Source of the DNA: Rhodosorus marinus CCMP1338
Lineage: Eukaryota; Plantae; Rhodophyta
Direction of reading: 5' to 3'
NCBI GenBank assembly: GCA_029953675.1
Contig: JAMWBK010000005.1
Location: forward strand, 806,001-870,000
DNA: 64,000 nucleotides
Shown here: piece after piece, positions 24,701 through 36,883 of the stretch
Position numbering within the stretch: position 1 is the first letter of the stretch
Layout: every line of letters begins with the position of its first letter
The notes under the pieces: generated by a model
Told to the model about the DNA's origin: nothing
What the model saw: only the letters and a program-made list of their open reading frames with translations
The model's database searches: none
Made by a program: the position numbers and the translations under genes

Positions 24701-26059
24701 CTTTTTTAGTTATTGAGTCTGACGACCTTCTTCCCCATGTTTTAGCTCTTGCCTAGAGCCTCCATCTGAGCTTGAAAGTAAAGTTTTCGCTACGTATAGT
24801 CAACTAGACGGAATTGACTTTCATCGCCTGGTACCCTTGGTAATTGAGTGTTTTGATTGTATGGATTCCGTTGGTTTCCGCTGTCTTCGCGTATCGTTCC
24901 GCGCGCGCCCCTACCGGCTTTCCTCGTTAACCTGTTTGAGCTTCCTGCTGTTGCGTATGAGCGCTGCTTTGATTTTAGAAGCCTGTGGTCTTCGCCTTCC
25001 GTAGGCTTTTGTTTCCCTCGCGGTTGTTTGTTTTAGTCTCCGATAAACACATTCTTTCAATCAACAGGTGTCAGGTGGTACCTACAAAAAAAAAGGGAAA
25101 CGATGGTGGTGCCACCCACACCATGGATTCCATCATAAAGCTTGAGTACAAGCTCACCGGAATTTCAACGGCGGTCCCTATTGTCCACCGGCCCTGGCAG
25201 CGGCCCTAGCGATCTCCCCAAGCCCAAGTACTATTGCCTGTAGCTTTCTTACATATGGCAAAAACTTTTGCTGAAGATGCCTTTGAAGCCCAGAGCGCAT
25301 GTCCGTCTGAGAGGGGTAGAGAAAAAAACAAGAAGGCGAAAGAAAATCCCGAAATCACAGACAGAATTGAATGAGTAACCGCAACCTCACTTTTCGCGGC
25401 CCGCTTTTTCTACCGGACACGAGTGCTTAGAAAAGTGTTGTAGGGGGTCCAAATTCATCCAAATTGAGTGAATTTGACCATTGCAACCACACGCTTTTTT
25501 GCAGCCAAGGCCTCAAACAAACACGCTCCGGCAGCAAGTCTTCAAAGGGGGAAGTTGGGTGGGTGGGTGGCTCAACAGCATCTGACGAGCAGCATTTTGG
25601 CATTCCGATTTCTAAGGGGTGTACCATATCGACTTTAAGATGAAGAGCTACTAGATTCATGAAAAACTACTTATCCAATAAAAACATTGAAAATTGTAAA
25701 TATTTTGCCAATAGATTATTTACACGTGTCGTATATGAGATATTGAATTCTGGAGAACTTCTAGAGTCCTAAACAGGAACAGAAAACCATCGCCGCGGAA
25801 TAGCACTCTTTTTTGTTTGTCCAAAGGATATCTGTGAACATATTTCTTATTGGCAAACTAGCGTGGGGACGAGGGGGGGTGGTGCAATGCGAACTAGCTG
25901 CCAAGAAAATGAAAAAGCGTGCAATCCCTTTTTCTTTTCTCTTTTCTTCAATTGGTCTGTTTCCTCTTCTTTCTATTCGATTTTTTCATCGGAAAAGCTG
26001 ACTTGTATTTTTGAGCAGAGCAAAAAAAAAAGCTGGGTAGGTTTTTACTATCATAGACT

Positions 26060-27394
26060 GGACTTTACTGGACTGGACTTTACTGGACTGGACTTTACTA
26101 GCATAGCCTGAAGCGCTACGCAAGGCGTGAAGATGAACTAATAACTAGGGAGGGAAGCATGCAACCCCAGGCGCCGATGGCGCGCCTCGGAAAGCATGTC
26201 GCTGGAATATCGCCAAAGGGAGACACTTAAACGCCTCAAGAGCGCCAAATATTCAGTAGGATGCTCAGCAAAACATTTCCGCAACCACTCTAAACCCGAC
26301 TTATCGACGTGACCAAAGCTTTCCACAATGAATGGCTGGAACCGGTGAGAGCGACCCTCAGCACAAGGCAGACTGGCCATGCTCTCAGCATACCGTCGTT
26401 CCTTAACTCTTCGAAGGGCTGAAGCCGCGGCCCCCCGGCGGCGGGCGGCTGCGGTGAGGTGGGCGCTGGCCACGGGGCAGGTAATCGCAAGGTCCACATA
26501 TGTTGAGCGTCTGGCAGCAGCGTCAGAGACGAGGAGATCGGCTATACAACGGGGCGGTGCAGAGTCCGAGATTGATCTGGGCAGTTCCGACTCAACCTCA
26601 ACCGTATGCCCTATCCGAGTCAAAAATTCGCTGAGGATGTACTTTGAGGCGAGTGTGACGCCTCGTACGGAGACCTCGCAACAGTCCGCAGGAACCCAGG
26701 AAGTGGTAGCCACAAGCGTCAATCCGGCTCTCACATCCCTGACAGAAAGACGGCCGATTAGAGTGCCACGGAGCCTGTGGCAAACCGAGATAGATCCGTG
26801 CGGCAGAACGGAACTGGAAAGCATCGAGACGATGACTCAATGACGACGGTAGAGTGGTTAACCACAAGTGCGAGAGGTGGCCTCCCATGCCGCGGAGACG
26901 AGCGGCAGTGGTAGGCGGCGTGAGAGGAGAATTGAGCATGACTGTGTGAGCGGCACTGTGTTGGCCCCAGGTGAGGCTATGTTGAATCACATCAGTGCGG
27001 GAGCTCCACAATCGGCTCAAACCCGGGTAGTCTGCAACAGGTGACCCGGGGCTAGCCTCTCCGTCATCGGCAAGAACTCGGTCGAGGGGACAATCCTCAA
27101 TCGCTTCAGCTCGTCCCCATAACAGCGCCCTCCAGGAACGAAAGCGGGACCGATTTGCGTCCGGCACGGCGTTGCACCTCCTGAACGCGTGTTGAAGACC
27201 ATCATAAATTGTCAAAAGCGGGGGCGGCAGGGTCACTGGATCCTCGTTGGTCAAAGCTCGAGCCAAGAGGCAGGAACTTCGGATCTGGAAGGTCACCAAC
27301 GTTCGCAGCGCGGTAGCCCAGGAGGCAACCGCCGCTGGCGAGCATACCAGCCCACGGTCTGCGACGCCGAAGCGCTACGCAAGGCGTGAAGATG
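26060..27394 (-). mobile_element. Family A CRE-like element, 5'-truncated, with 10-bp TSD
   Basis: Near-identical to 38720-39990. TSD ATCATAGACT at 26050-26059 and 27395-27404. Tail of AGTAAAGTCC/AGTCC repeats. Confidence 0.92.
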
Positions 27395-27595
27395 ATCATA
27401 GACTTGTGCGATACGAAAGGACGCTGTGACGATAGCCGCCTTACAACATACGTGGTGGTGGTTTTACTACGTTGATTTTGCCGTGCCCAATCCTCAGATT
27501 AGTCGTTATATGACGGCTGCGGGTTAAGTAGCGATTTTCCGATACTGTCCGGGAACGCGACTTGACTACCATACCAGGGGGCCGGCGTATCCACT

Positions 27596-30380
27596 GGGCT
27601 TTACTAGCATAGCCTGAAGCGCTACGCAAGGCGTGAAAAGGAACTAAGAAACTAGGGAGGGAAGCGTGCAAACCCAGGCGCCGATGTCGCGCCTCGGCAA
27701 GCATGCTGCTAGAATATCCACAGGGCGGCACTCAAACGCCGTAAAAGCGCCAAGTACTCAGTAGGATGCTCAGCGAAACATTTCCGCAACCACTCTAAAC
27801 CCGACTTATCCACATGACCAAAGCTTTCCACAATGAAAGGGTGGAACCGGTGGGAGCGACCCTCGGCGTAGGGCAGACTGGCCTTGCTCTCAGCATACCG
27901 TCGTTCCTTCACTCGTCGAAGAGCCCGAAGCGGCTGCCCCTCGGCGGCGGGCGGCAACCGTGAGGTGGGCGCTCGCCACAGGGCATGTAATCGCGAGGTC
28001 AACATATGCTGAGCGTCGGGCGGCAGGGTCTGATACAAGAAGATCTGCGATAAAGCGGGCCGGCGCCGTGTCCGAGACCGATCTGGGTAGTTCCGATTCC
28101 ACCTCAACCGTATGCCCTACCCGAGTTAAACATTCGCTTAGGATGTACTTGAGACGAGTGTGGCGCCTCGTGCGGAGACCTCGCAACAGGCCACATGAAC
28201 CCAAGAAGTGGTAGCCACAAGCGTCAATCCGGCTCTCACATCCCTGACAGAAAGACGGCCGATGAGAGTGCCACGGGGCTTGTGGCAAACCTAAGTAGAT
28301 CCTTGCGGCGGAGCGGAACTGGAAGGCATCGAGACGGTGACCCGGCGACGAGAGTTGAGCAAGATTGCGTGAGCGGCACTGTGTTGGCCCCAGGTGAGGC
28401 TATGTTGAATCGCATCAGTGCGGGAGCCCCACAATCGGCTCAGACCTGGGTAATAGGCAACAGGTGACCCGGGGCTAGCTTCTCCCTCATCGGCAAGAAC
28501 TCTGTCAATGGGTGAGTTCTCAATCGCCTCAGTTCGTCCCCATAGCAGTTCCCGCCAGGAGCGAAAACGGGATCGATTCTCGTCCGGCATGGCGTTGCAC
28601 TTCCGGAACGCCTGTTGTAGACCATCACAGATCGTCAAAAGCTGGGGCGAAAGGGTCACTGGGTCCTCGCTAGTCAGTGCTCGAGCCAAAAGGCAGGCAC
28701 TTTGTATCCGGAAAGTCACCAAGGTACGGAGCGCGGTTGCCCAGGAGGCGACCGCCGCAGGCGAGCAGGCGAGCCCCCGATCTGCGACACCAAATCCCCC
28801 TAAGCGCAACGGTAGAGCGAGCTGGGCACGAATTAAGTCCCTGTCGGGAGCCGCTTCAAGATCGAGGGGTTCATCCAAGAGCGTTCCCCAGTGGTTCAGC
28901 GTCATCTCGTCGGCCTTGGCGGCGATCCACGCACCCCAGCCGGGTGGTAGGCTACGCAACTAGTAGTTGAGTCGGGGACCGGCACAAAAGCGGGAAAGCA
29001 AGCAGGTCGATTGCAGCATGCTGTCTGGAAGGCGCTCAATGGCGTCAGTGAGCTGCTTGTGCCGAGTCAAAACTCGTTCGCAAGAGGCTTGGACGAAGTT
29101 TTTGCTCCTGAAACCGACGCCGTGGTGCTCCAACCCTTCCCGTTGCCAATGGTTCGTAGATTAGATGGCGGAGAGACCATCGAAATTTTCACTTGGAGCG
29201 AGAAAACGACACTTTTCGGGTTCCACCGTCAGACCTACTCCGCGTGCAATCGTTTCGATCTGGGTGAACCCCCGAGTCAGAGTTTCAAGGGCGCCCAGGA
29301 AGGTCACGTCGTCGTGATAGGCGTAGATACGAAGAGCCGGCACCTCAGTCGCGAGACGCAGGAGAACGAGCTGCAAGGCACAAGCGTGAATTAGAGGCCC
29401 ACAAAGATCGCCTCATGGACTCCAGTATGTGCTTGGAAAACAATGCCCTCCCTAGTCCAGTAGGGGAGGTTCCCCCTTCCGTAAAGACTAGAGAGGAAGG
29501 CCACACCTTCGGAAAAACCCGTCGGATCACCTCCAACGCCTGCGTCCGCGAGACGCTGTTGAATGCGTTTCGAAAATCAACCACCAAAACTCCCTAGTCC
29601 GGCCTACAGGCACGCTCCACTCGATCCCATGGGTGATCAATTCGCAACCCCCCGAAAATCCCACCCCCCACTAGCAAAGGCGCCATAAAAGCCGTGACCC
29701 GCTGGCGAAGGCGTTGGCATAGCCACCTTCCAGCTAGCTTCCGTAGGCTCTCGAACATACCGATCGGCCGGAGACGCGGGTGGGCCGGCTGATGACCAGG
29801 CTTCGTGAGCAAGCAAGGTTGTGCCCTTCGGAGATGTTCCCATGGGGCAGACGCACCCGATGTGCCCTGGAACAGTTTGTTCAGGATCTTGAGCAGCGCG
29901 CTCCGGCAAGGCTTGCCCAAGGCCTGCAATAATTCGGTTCGAAGCCATGGGGCAGCGTCCACGACGCGAGGTGCGAAGCAAATCCTCCAGATCAGACTCG
30001 TTGAGACTCAGGTCGATTTGAAACCGTGCCAACTCCGGACGGTCCAAGAATGCCTCGAATTCGGGTAGCAAGTCCACGTCGGAAGAGGGGAACAAAGATG
30101 ACACCGTCTGGGCGAGACTTTCTTCGTAGGGGAGGACAGGCGACTGGCCCTCCAGAACTCGCGCCGCTCGACTCAAGTCTCCCACCGCTACCAATTCCTG
30201 TACTCGAGCCGTCAGAGGCGAGGCGCTTCCAGCCCTGGTCTGACGAACGGATGGTTCCAACGACGCCAAGTAGCTTTGCTGCAACACCTCGAATTCCCCT
30301 TTCAGGAACATGGCAAGCCGATTTCGGACACGCCATCTGCGCTCCGGCGTGTGAGTTGGGGCCAGAATCAGGCGCGTCAT
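27596..30380 (-). mobile_element. Family A subfamily 2 element (RT + CCHC + RLE), decayed
   Basis: LRPIGMFESLRKLAG, VVDFRNAFNSVSR, AYHDDVTFLG, QLALPLRLGGFG, CQGC...H...C and ADLLV...YVDLAI, broken by stops, frameshifts and an internal deletion. Confidence 0.92.
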
Positions 30381-32480
30381 GTCTTCTAGTATGCTCCTTA
30401 CCTTCTCTGCTTGTTTTAACTACCTTCGCTGCCCCAGTCTGTGTTGACCTGAAGTGCCACGCAGGGTAATGCGAACTAGGAAAAATAACTACCGCGCAAT
30501 CCGAGGCCGGATACTATGCTGCTAGGGTGCCTTTTCTACTTGTTTTAGTCTTGTGTTATAGCGCCGGAATCTTTTCGTTTGACATTAGAGTTCCGAGTGT
30601 TGCTATAGGGCGCCATTGAACCCCCGTAAGAGAAATAGATAGATACTCGGAACTTCGTTTAGCAGATATTCTCAGGATGGTCACTAGCACATTTGCGTAG
30701 CAACTCCAAGTTTGATTTTTGGAGGTTGCTCCGTCTTTCGCGATAAGCCAGACGATATCTTCTAACGTTTTCCAGCTAGACGGATCCCGTTCGAGTCGAA
30801 GGAGGTATCTCTCCAGTAAGCCGTGTCGTTGTGGACACATGCACGAGCGGGTAGTGCCTCTTCGACACGAACGGGATCCATCTAGCTGGAAAATAGTAGA
30901 TCGGCCTAGTTCAAAAACACACAAAGATGTCGCCCCCTCATCTCCCAACCTATTTGTTCCGGGAAAAAGAAAAAAATCCGTTGCAAAAAAACTCTCAAAA
31001 CCGAGGATTTTTCATCTGCGTCCCTAGTTTCAGAGTTCAAAGTTCTCTTCTCTCCGGTTGTGCACTCCCCAGCTCGTCAAAGGAGAACTCGAGCAGGCAC
31101 GGACGTTTTGCAAGAAGCTCTCTCTTGGGACTCGTGTCGTGTTTCATTCTCGGGCTTCTGTCAGCCGCCTGTACGAACTCGCTCGTCCGTGTTCCCTTGA
31201 GAAAATGTTACGCCATGGGCGGTATAGCACGCTGCCAACGTCTCTACATGCCATCTTCAGCGACTGCGAGGTTCGCTCCTGCATACGGACCAACATGGAC
31301 CTAACTCAACCCAGGGGGCATCAAACTAGCAGGACCACAGAAGTTGTCTGAGGTCCATGTTTGCGAGCTGATGGTCAAGTTTGGGAGCAGGTTATTTTTG
31401 CCATTGGCCTCGTATCATTCGTTTTGGAGAGCCCGTTAGAGCTGTGTCACACGTATCCTGAGCCTCCTGAAGCATACGTTAGGACCTGTTATTGAAAGGT
31501 ACCACCTCCGAGCCGCCACCACCGCTTCTACTATCAGCAAAACCACAACCACTGCAGGACTTGCCCAAGGCGTCAAACGAGTTGCCAATCTGGCCTTTTA
31601 TTAGCCAGACTCACAGTGTATGGTTTTTTATTTGTACCTTGACATAGTTGTCCGATAGCACGATACTTGTCGGAGGCATCCCAGCACCGGCACAATCCAA
31701 CCATTGAGGATGACCAGCTAAGAGGCCTGAGAGCCTCTGAACAACGATGACCTCCGTGCGCCTGTCTTGTTGGTTCCATTTTCCTCGAATGTCTGGGTGC
31801 CGAGGTGAGATCCCAGGACAAGGGGCTTGGGTGTGATGCTGGACCGGTTTTTACTGTTTAGAGCGTAATATTAGTCTGGGGTTGTGTGGTCGTGCGGCGC
31901 TGCGGTAAGTAGCTGCCGAATAAAGGCTACAGGCTTCATGTATCGTGACGGTGCCATAAATAATTTTCTGAGCCCTCCCCTCTCGAGGCTCGCGGTCTCC
32001 TCAATCCGCTACTCAGTGGTTTTACTACATAGACGAAACTTGTTCGCTTGCGTTGATCGAGCAATCTATATTTGTACGAGCTATGTGCGCTTAATTTAAG
32101 TATCCTGGGTTGTAAAAAGTGCTCGGTTTAGTTGTCAATTTCACACCCTCCTCAAGAGTAGTCGATAGCCTGTCCGTGATCGAACCGCTCCCATCTCACT
32201 CTCCTTGCCAGAAAGCTGAATCTCCAGCGACTTAATAAGAAGAACTAGAGAAAAATCCAAGCCTGAATTGTGAGTATTGGCTGAGAGAGAAGAGTGCCAA
32301 GGATGTGTGGCAGTCGTGTTCTGGACCTCCACTTTGTTGTCCTTCCGGTGTATCCGCTCCATTATCGGATAACGGGATAACAAAAAGAAATATACTTTGC
32401 ATATGGAGATTACTTTAGCACGGATTTCCAAATCTGCAAAAAACATTTCAAAATACATTTTGAAAGCGTAAGTCTCCAGA

Positions 32481-33030
32481 GTCGGAACTGCCCAGATCAA
32501 TCTCGGACTCTGCACCGCCCCGTTGTATAGCCGATCTCCTCGTCTCCGACGCTGCTGCAAGACGCTCAACATATGTGGACCTTGCGATTACCTGCCCCGT
32601 GGCCAGCACCCACCTCACCGCAGCCGCCCGCCGCCGGGGGGCCGCGGCTTCAGCCCTTCGAAGAGTTAAGGAACGACGGTATGCTGAGAGCATGGCCAGT
32701 CTGCCTTGCGCTGAGGGTCGCTCTCACCGGTTCCAGCCATTCATTGTGGAAAGCTTTGGTCACGTCGATAAGTCGGGTTTAGAGTGGTTGCGGAAATGTT
32801 TTGCTGAGCATCCTACTGAATATTTGGCGCTCTTGAGGCGTTTAAGTGTCTCCCTTTGGCGATATTCCAGCGACATGCTTTCCGAGGCGCGCCATCGGCG
32901 CCTGGGGTTGCATGCTTCCCTCCCCAGTTATTAGTTCATCTTCACGCCTTGCGTAGCGCTTCAGGCTATGATAGTAAAGTCCAGTCCAGTAAAGTCCAGT
33001 AAAGTCCAGTAAAGTCCAGTAAAGTCCAGT
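32481..33030 (+). mobile_element. Family A 3' fragment (RLE) with long (AGTAAAGTCC)n tail
   Basis: Near-identical to 39497-39990; tail at ~32970-33030. Confidence 0.92.
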
Positions 33031-33039
33031 CTCATGGTG

Positions 33040-33570
33040 GTTTTCCTGGTTTTTATTGTGTTTTTTACTGATTTTTATTGGCGTAGCCTAAGGCGCTACG
33101 CAAGGCGTGAAGGGAACTAAGAACTAGGTAGGGAAGCGTGCAAACCCAGGCGCCGATGGCGAGCCTCGGCAATTATGCTGCTATAGTATCGCCACAGAGA
33201 GACACTTAAACGGCGTAACAGTTCCAAATATTCGGTAGGATGCTCAGCGAAGCATTTCCGCAACCACTCCAAAATCGACTTCTTCACGGGACCAAAGCTT
33301 TCCGCAATGAAAGGCTGGAACCGGTGGGAGCGACCCTCTGCGCGAGGCAGAATGGCTATACTCTCAGCATGCCGTCTTTCCTTCACTCGACGAAGGGCCG
33401 AAGCGGCTGCCGGCGGCGTGTGGCAGCAGTGAGACAGCCGCTTCGTGGGCGCTTGCCACGGGGCATGTGATCGGGAGGTCCACATATGCTGAGCGTCCAG
33501 CGGCAGCGTGGGAGACGAGGATATCTGCGATACAGCGGGGCGGCGCCGTGTCCGAGACTGATCTGGGGCA
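33040..33570 (-). mobile_element. Divergent family A 3' fragment
   Basis: ALRRVKERR...FQPFIAESFG...EARHRRLGLHASLPSS plus the 3' motif. Confidence 0.85.
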
Positions 33571-34099
33571 ACCAAGTTTGAAAGAGACTCATGCTTTGAT
33601 CGGACATAACTCAAGTCTTATGTTGGGCTACATCGGACCTCTACTATAACGTAGATGGTCTGGCTCAAACTCGCTCAAAGTTTTCGCGGGTTTACCCACT
33701 TCTGGGTCGTAAACAGTGAAAAACCCGACCCACTTAGCACAAGCCTACTCCAACTACCACCCTTCATGCGGTCAACAAAATCCAAAGCAGAACCGTTGTT
33801 AGTAGAACCACTGTTGTTATCCTCTGTTATCTGTGTCAACGTGTTATCCGATATTTCAGAAGAAACTCTTGCTGCTATCTGCCGTTCTCGCTTATTCCGA
33901 AACAAACTTATATTCCAGTCAAAAATCCTCGTTATCGGTTGTTATTGGGCAACAAAGTTGTTATCCGGTAACAGACCAACCAACATGAATGATCATTCAC
34001 AATAGAGTTGGAGAGCCTGGAAGGGCTTCTTCGACGAATCCACCAGGGCGTCTTGAGAGTCTCCTCACGAAGCTCTCTTTAACCCCCTGGAGTTCCAAC

Positions 34100-34470
34100 G
34101 CTGCTTTATTTAGTTTTTGCCGCCCGCCGCCGAGGGGCAGCCGCTTCGGGCTCTTCGACGAGTGAAGGAACGACGGTATGCTGAGAGCAAGGCCAGTCTG
34201 CCCTACGCCGAGGGTCGCTCCCACCGGCTCCACCCTTTCATTGTGGAAAGCTTTGGTCATGTGGATAAGTCGGGTTTAGAGTGGTTGCGGAAATGTTTCG
34301 CCGAGCATCCTACGAGCAGTTGGCGCTTTTACGGCGTTTGAGTGCCGCCCTGTGGCGATATTCTAGCAGCATGCTTGCCAAGGCGCGACATCGGCGCCTG
34401 GTTTTGCACGCTTCCCTCCCTAGTTCTTAGTTCCTTTTCACGCCTTGCGTAGCGCTTCAGGCTATGCTAG
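34100..34470 (+). mobile_element. Family A subfamily 2 3' fragment
   Basis: Matches 27600-27960 in reverse orientation, including the 3' motif. Confidence 0.85.
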
Positions 34471-34897
34471 TAACGGATGGAAAGGCATCAAGTGGGAGGA
34501 GTTGTTGTCGAGGATTGGGGTTTTGTTTCTTTTTCGGTCGCGAGCGTGTTCGTTTACGGGAAGCGCTTCCTCTGGTACGCCTTCCCCTCGATTTTCCGCG
34601 GGGCGTCGTTTGCATTTGCAACTACTTCTGTCTTCCGGGTGGGTGTGTTGCGGGGCCTTTCCTATTTGGGTTGGGTTTGGTCGATTATTCTCTCGGTGCG
34701 GTTTCATATTGGTGGTGCAACGTTTCCTTTGCGGATTCCCTCAGGATGGTAGGGATATCTCCGCGCTCAACGGAGCCTCCTCCCAAGGAGGCACTGCCAG
34801 GTGGGGGACTCCGTGTTCGCCTCAGCTGCGGCACGTTTTCTTCCGAGGTTGACTTGGAAGGCGCTTCTGGCACCCAGGCGCGTGCACTTATCTCCTC

Positions 34898-35590
34898 AGC
34901 CCCCTTGGCCGTACGAGATGGGTTCGTCGTGCCCTCTCTGCTCTCAGACTGAAGACAACGCAGATTTTGGCGCCCACCTGCTCGCTAGTTGCCCGGCGGT
35001 GAAAGGTGCTCGAACCCGCCGCCACACACGGATCTTGAACCTGTTATACCGGGAACTTCGGCCTATAGTCCGGCAAGCCGGTCTGGAAATCGAACGTGAG
35101 AAACCTTTACCCGTCGCGGACTTTCAAAATGATGAACGCCGTGTAGCCGACCTGGTGATCACCTGTGACGACAGCCGCCGTACCACATACGTTGATCTTG
35201 CTGTTCCTAACCCTCAAGCTAGTCGTTATCTCCCGGCTGCGGGGGAGCGCCGTGGATCTGCCGCCGCCAGCATGAGACGCCGCAAAGAGATCAAATACGC
35301 GGGGGCTTTGTCTTCCCCTGGTGTTCGTGCTTCGGCACTAGCACATCGCTTGGTACCCCTGATCATTGAGTGCTTTGGGTTCACGGACTCTGTTGGTTCT
35401 CGCTGGCTTCGGGAGTTGTTCCGCGAACGCCCTGACCGTCTTCAATCGTTGTTTACCCGCTTAAGTTTCCTGCTGTGGCGCATGAATGCCGCTTTGATGT
35501 TGGAGGCGCGAGTACTTCGCCGCGCTTAGTCTTTTTTTCCCCTCGGGGGTTTTTTTTTCAGCCTCCGATTAAACCATTCGTTCGTTCGTA
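34898..35590 (+). mobile_element. Family B 3' fragment: CCHC knuckle + RLE + U-rich 3' UTR and (TTCG)n tail
   Basis: CPLCSQTEDNADFGAHLLASC...RRH...ADLVITCDDSRRTTYVDLAV...RKEIKY...PLIIECFG, with a stop at 35529. Confidence 0.9.
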
Positions 35591-35634
35591 TCTCCGCTGT
35601 CACCAGCCTGATCACGGCTGCGAGTGATCGTGGA

Positions 35635-36699
35635 GTGCTCCCTCAGCTCACCCAGAAGCTAGGTGGGCTGGAATCGGGATTGCTGGCCAGGTCAAATTCA
35701 AATTCGGACGAGAATTTGAATTGCCCCAGAGTGGCAGGATTGGCTGAAGGCAGTCAACATCAGGTCAATCAACATGAACCTGTCCCGGGACAGGCGAGGG
35801 CTGTTGCTTCTGCGCGGGACAGTACGACGTTGGGGAGCGGCAGGCCGGGCCAAAACGTGCTTCAGCCCTCGGGGACTCGAGGCAATGGTGGTGGTGACTG
35901 TGCGGCAACCGGTGTGGAGGAGACTGCAGCTGTGGACTTCCCTCTCTTGGACCAGCCCTCAGGTGGTCACCAGCTCCCGGCTACTTCGGGGGCACGTGGT
36001 GGCCGCAAAGGGGGCGCTTCGTACGCATCAGTCTTGCGGAAGGGCACCACTGCCACACGTACGGCGGCTATGCTCCGTTTCATACCATCTCGTGAGCCTC
36101 AGGATGGACCTGTGGAGACCACTCTCCAATTTCTGTGGGTGCGAAATGTCCGGCCCCAGACTACACGAGGACAGGTTCCGTCTATGCGAGACTTCCGGGA
36201 CACTTTTGCGGAATCGTTAGGGTGCAGCCGGGGTGATTTCTTCTTCGCAAACTATGAGGGCCGCGATGTGCTGTTTTTGGTCTCCGCAACCGCCGCCAAG
36301 TACCTGGAGGCCTTGCTGGCGAAGCCTACCGAGCAGTGGCCTGAGAGCGCCCGGTGGCTGCGCTGCAACCCGCAGGTGGTTTTGCACTTCGATTTTGACC
36401 GTTTCTCGGGCAATTTCCTGTCTCCGGGAGAAACGGCAGGGCTCTCTGAGCATGAGAGCAGCGTGCAGGCGGCAGCGATCCATTGGCTACGGATTCAGCG
36501 CCTTGAGAGGATCTTGTTGGAGCGGTTCCGGTCGGGCCCTCGTCACCTGCGCATGGCGGTTTCCAGTTTCTTCGATCTGGAGAGGCGACTTGTGCTGACT
36601 TCGCGCTACAAGACAGAGCTGCAGCGGGTGGGGATTTTGGAGGGCTCTGCTTCCAGCACTACTTCCAGCGAGAGTGGTGAGGAAGGGGAGCAGACTTAG
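35635..36699 (+). CDS. ORF1 of family A element (354 codons, no early AUG), putative nucleic-acid-binding protein
   Basis: Long open frame upstream of the RT ORF, with a low-complexity N-terminus and an SYASVLRKG motif of the type seen in non-LTR ORF1 proteins. Confidence 0.65.
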   Translation: MLPQLTQKLGGLESGLLARSNSNSDENLNCPRVAGLAEGSQHQVNQHEPVPGQARAVASARDSTTLGSGRPGQNVLQPSGTRGNGGGDCAATGVEETAAVDFPLLDQPSGGHQLPATSGARGGRKGGASYASVLRKGTTATRTAAMLRFIPSREPQDGPVETTLQFLWVRNVRPQTTRGQVPSMRDFRDTFAESLGCSRGDFFFANYEGRDVLFLVSATAAKYLEALLAKPTEQWPESARWLRCNPQVVLHFDFDRFSGNFLSPGETAGLSEHESSVQAAAIHWLRIQRLERILLERFRSGPRHLRMAVSSFFDLERRLVLTSRYKTELQRVGILEGSASSTTSSESGEEGEQT

Positions 36700-36883
36700 G
36701 GCATGGCGGTGGAGGACGCCCAGGTTACTTTGCTGAAGCCCGCGGGATCCGTTCCGCGAGCCTCGCGGAGTGGTGTTACGACTTTGGTGCGGATAGGAGG
36801 TAAGAGAGCGAGGACCGACTCCCCCGGATCTAAGGGGGAGAAGCACGATTAGCGCTCCAGGCACGGCTGCGAGGTCGCAGCCT

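Noticed and set aside
26060-33030. CRISPR-like array or telomere array from the AGTAAAGTCC repeats
   Set aside because: Units are 5-10 bp with no spacers, the context is eukaryotic, and the arrays are always attached to element 3' ends.
35590-35660. Self-cleaving ribozyme at the 5' end of the full-length element
   Set aside because: Only a small GATCAC/GTGATC hairpin is visible. I could not identify an HDV pseudoknot or hammerhead core by eye; this needs a covariance-model search.
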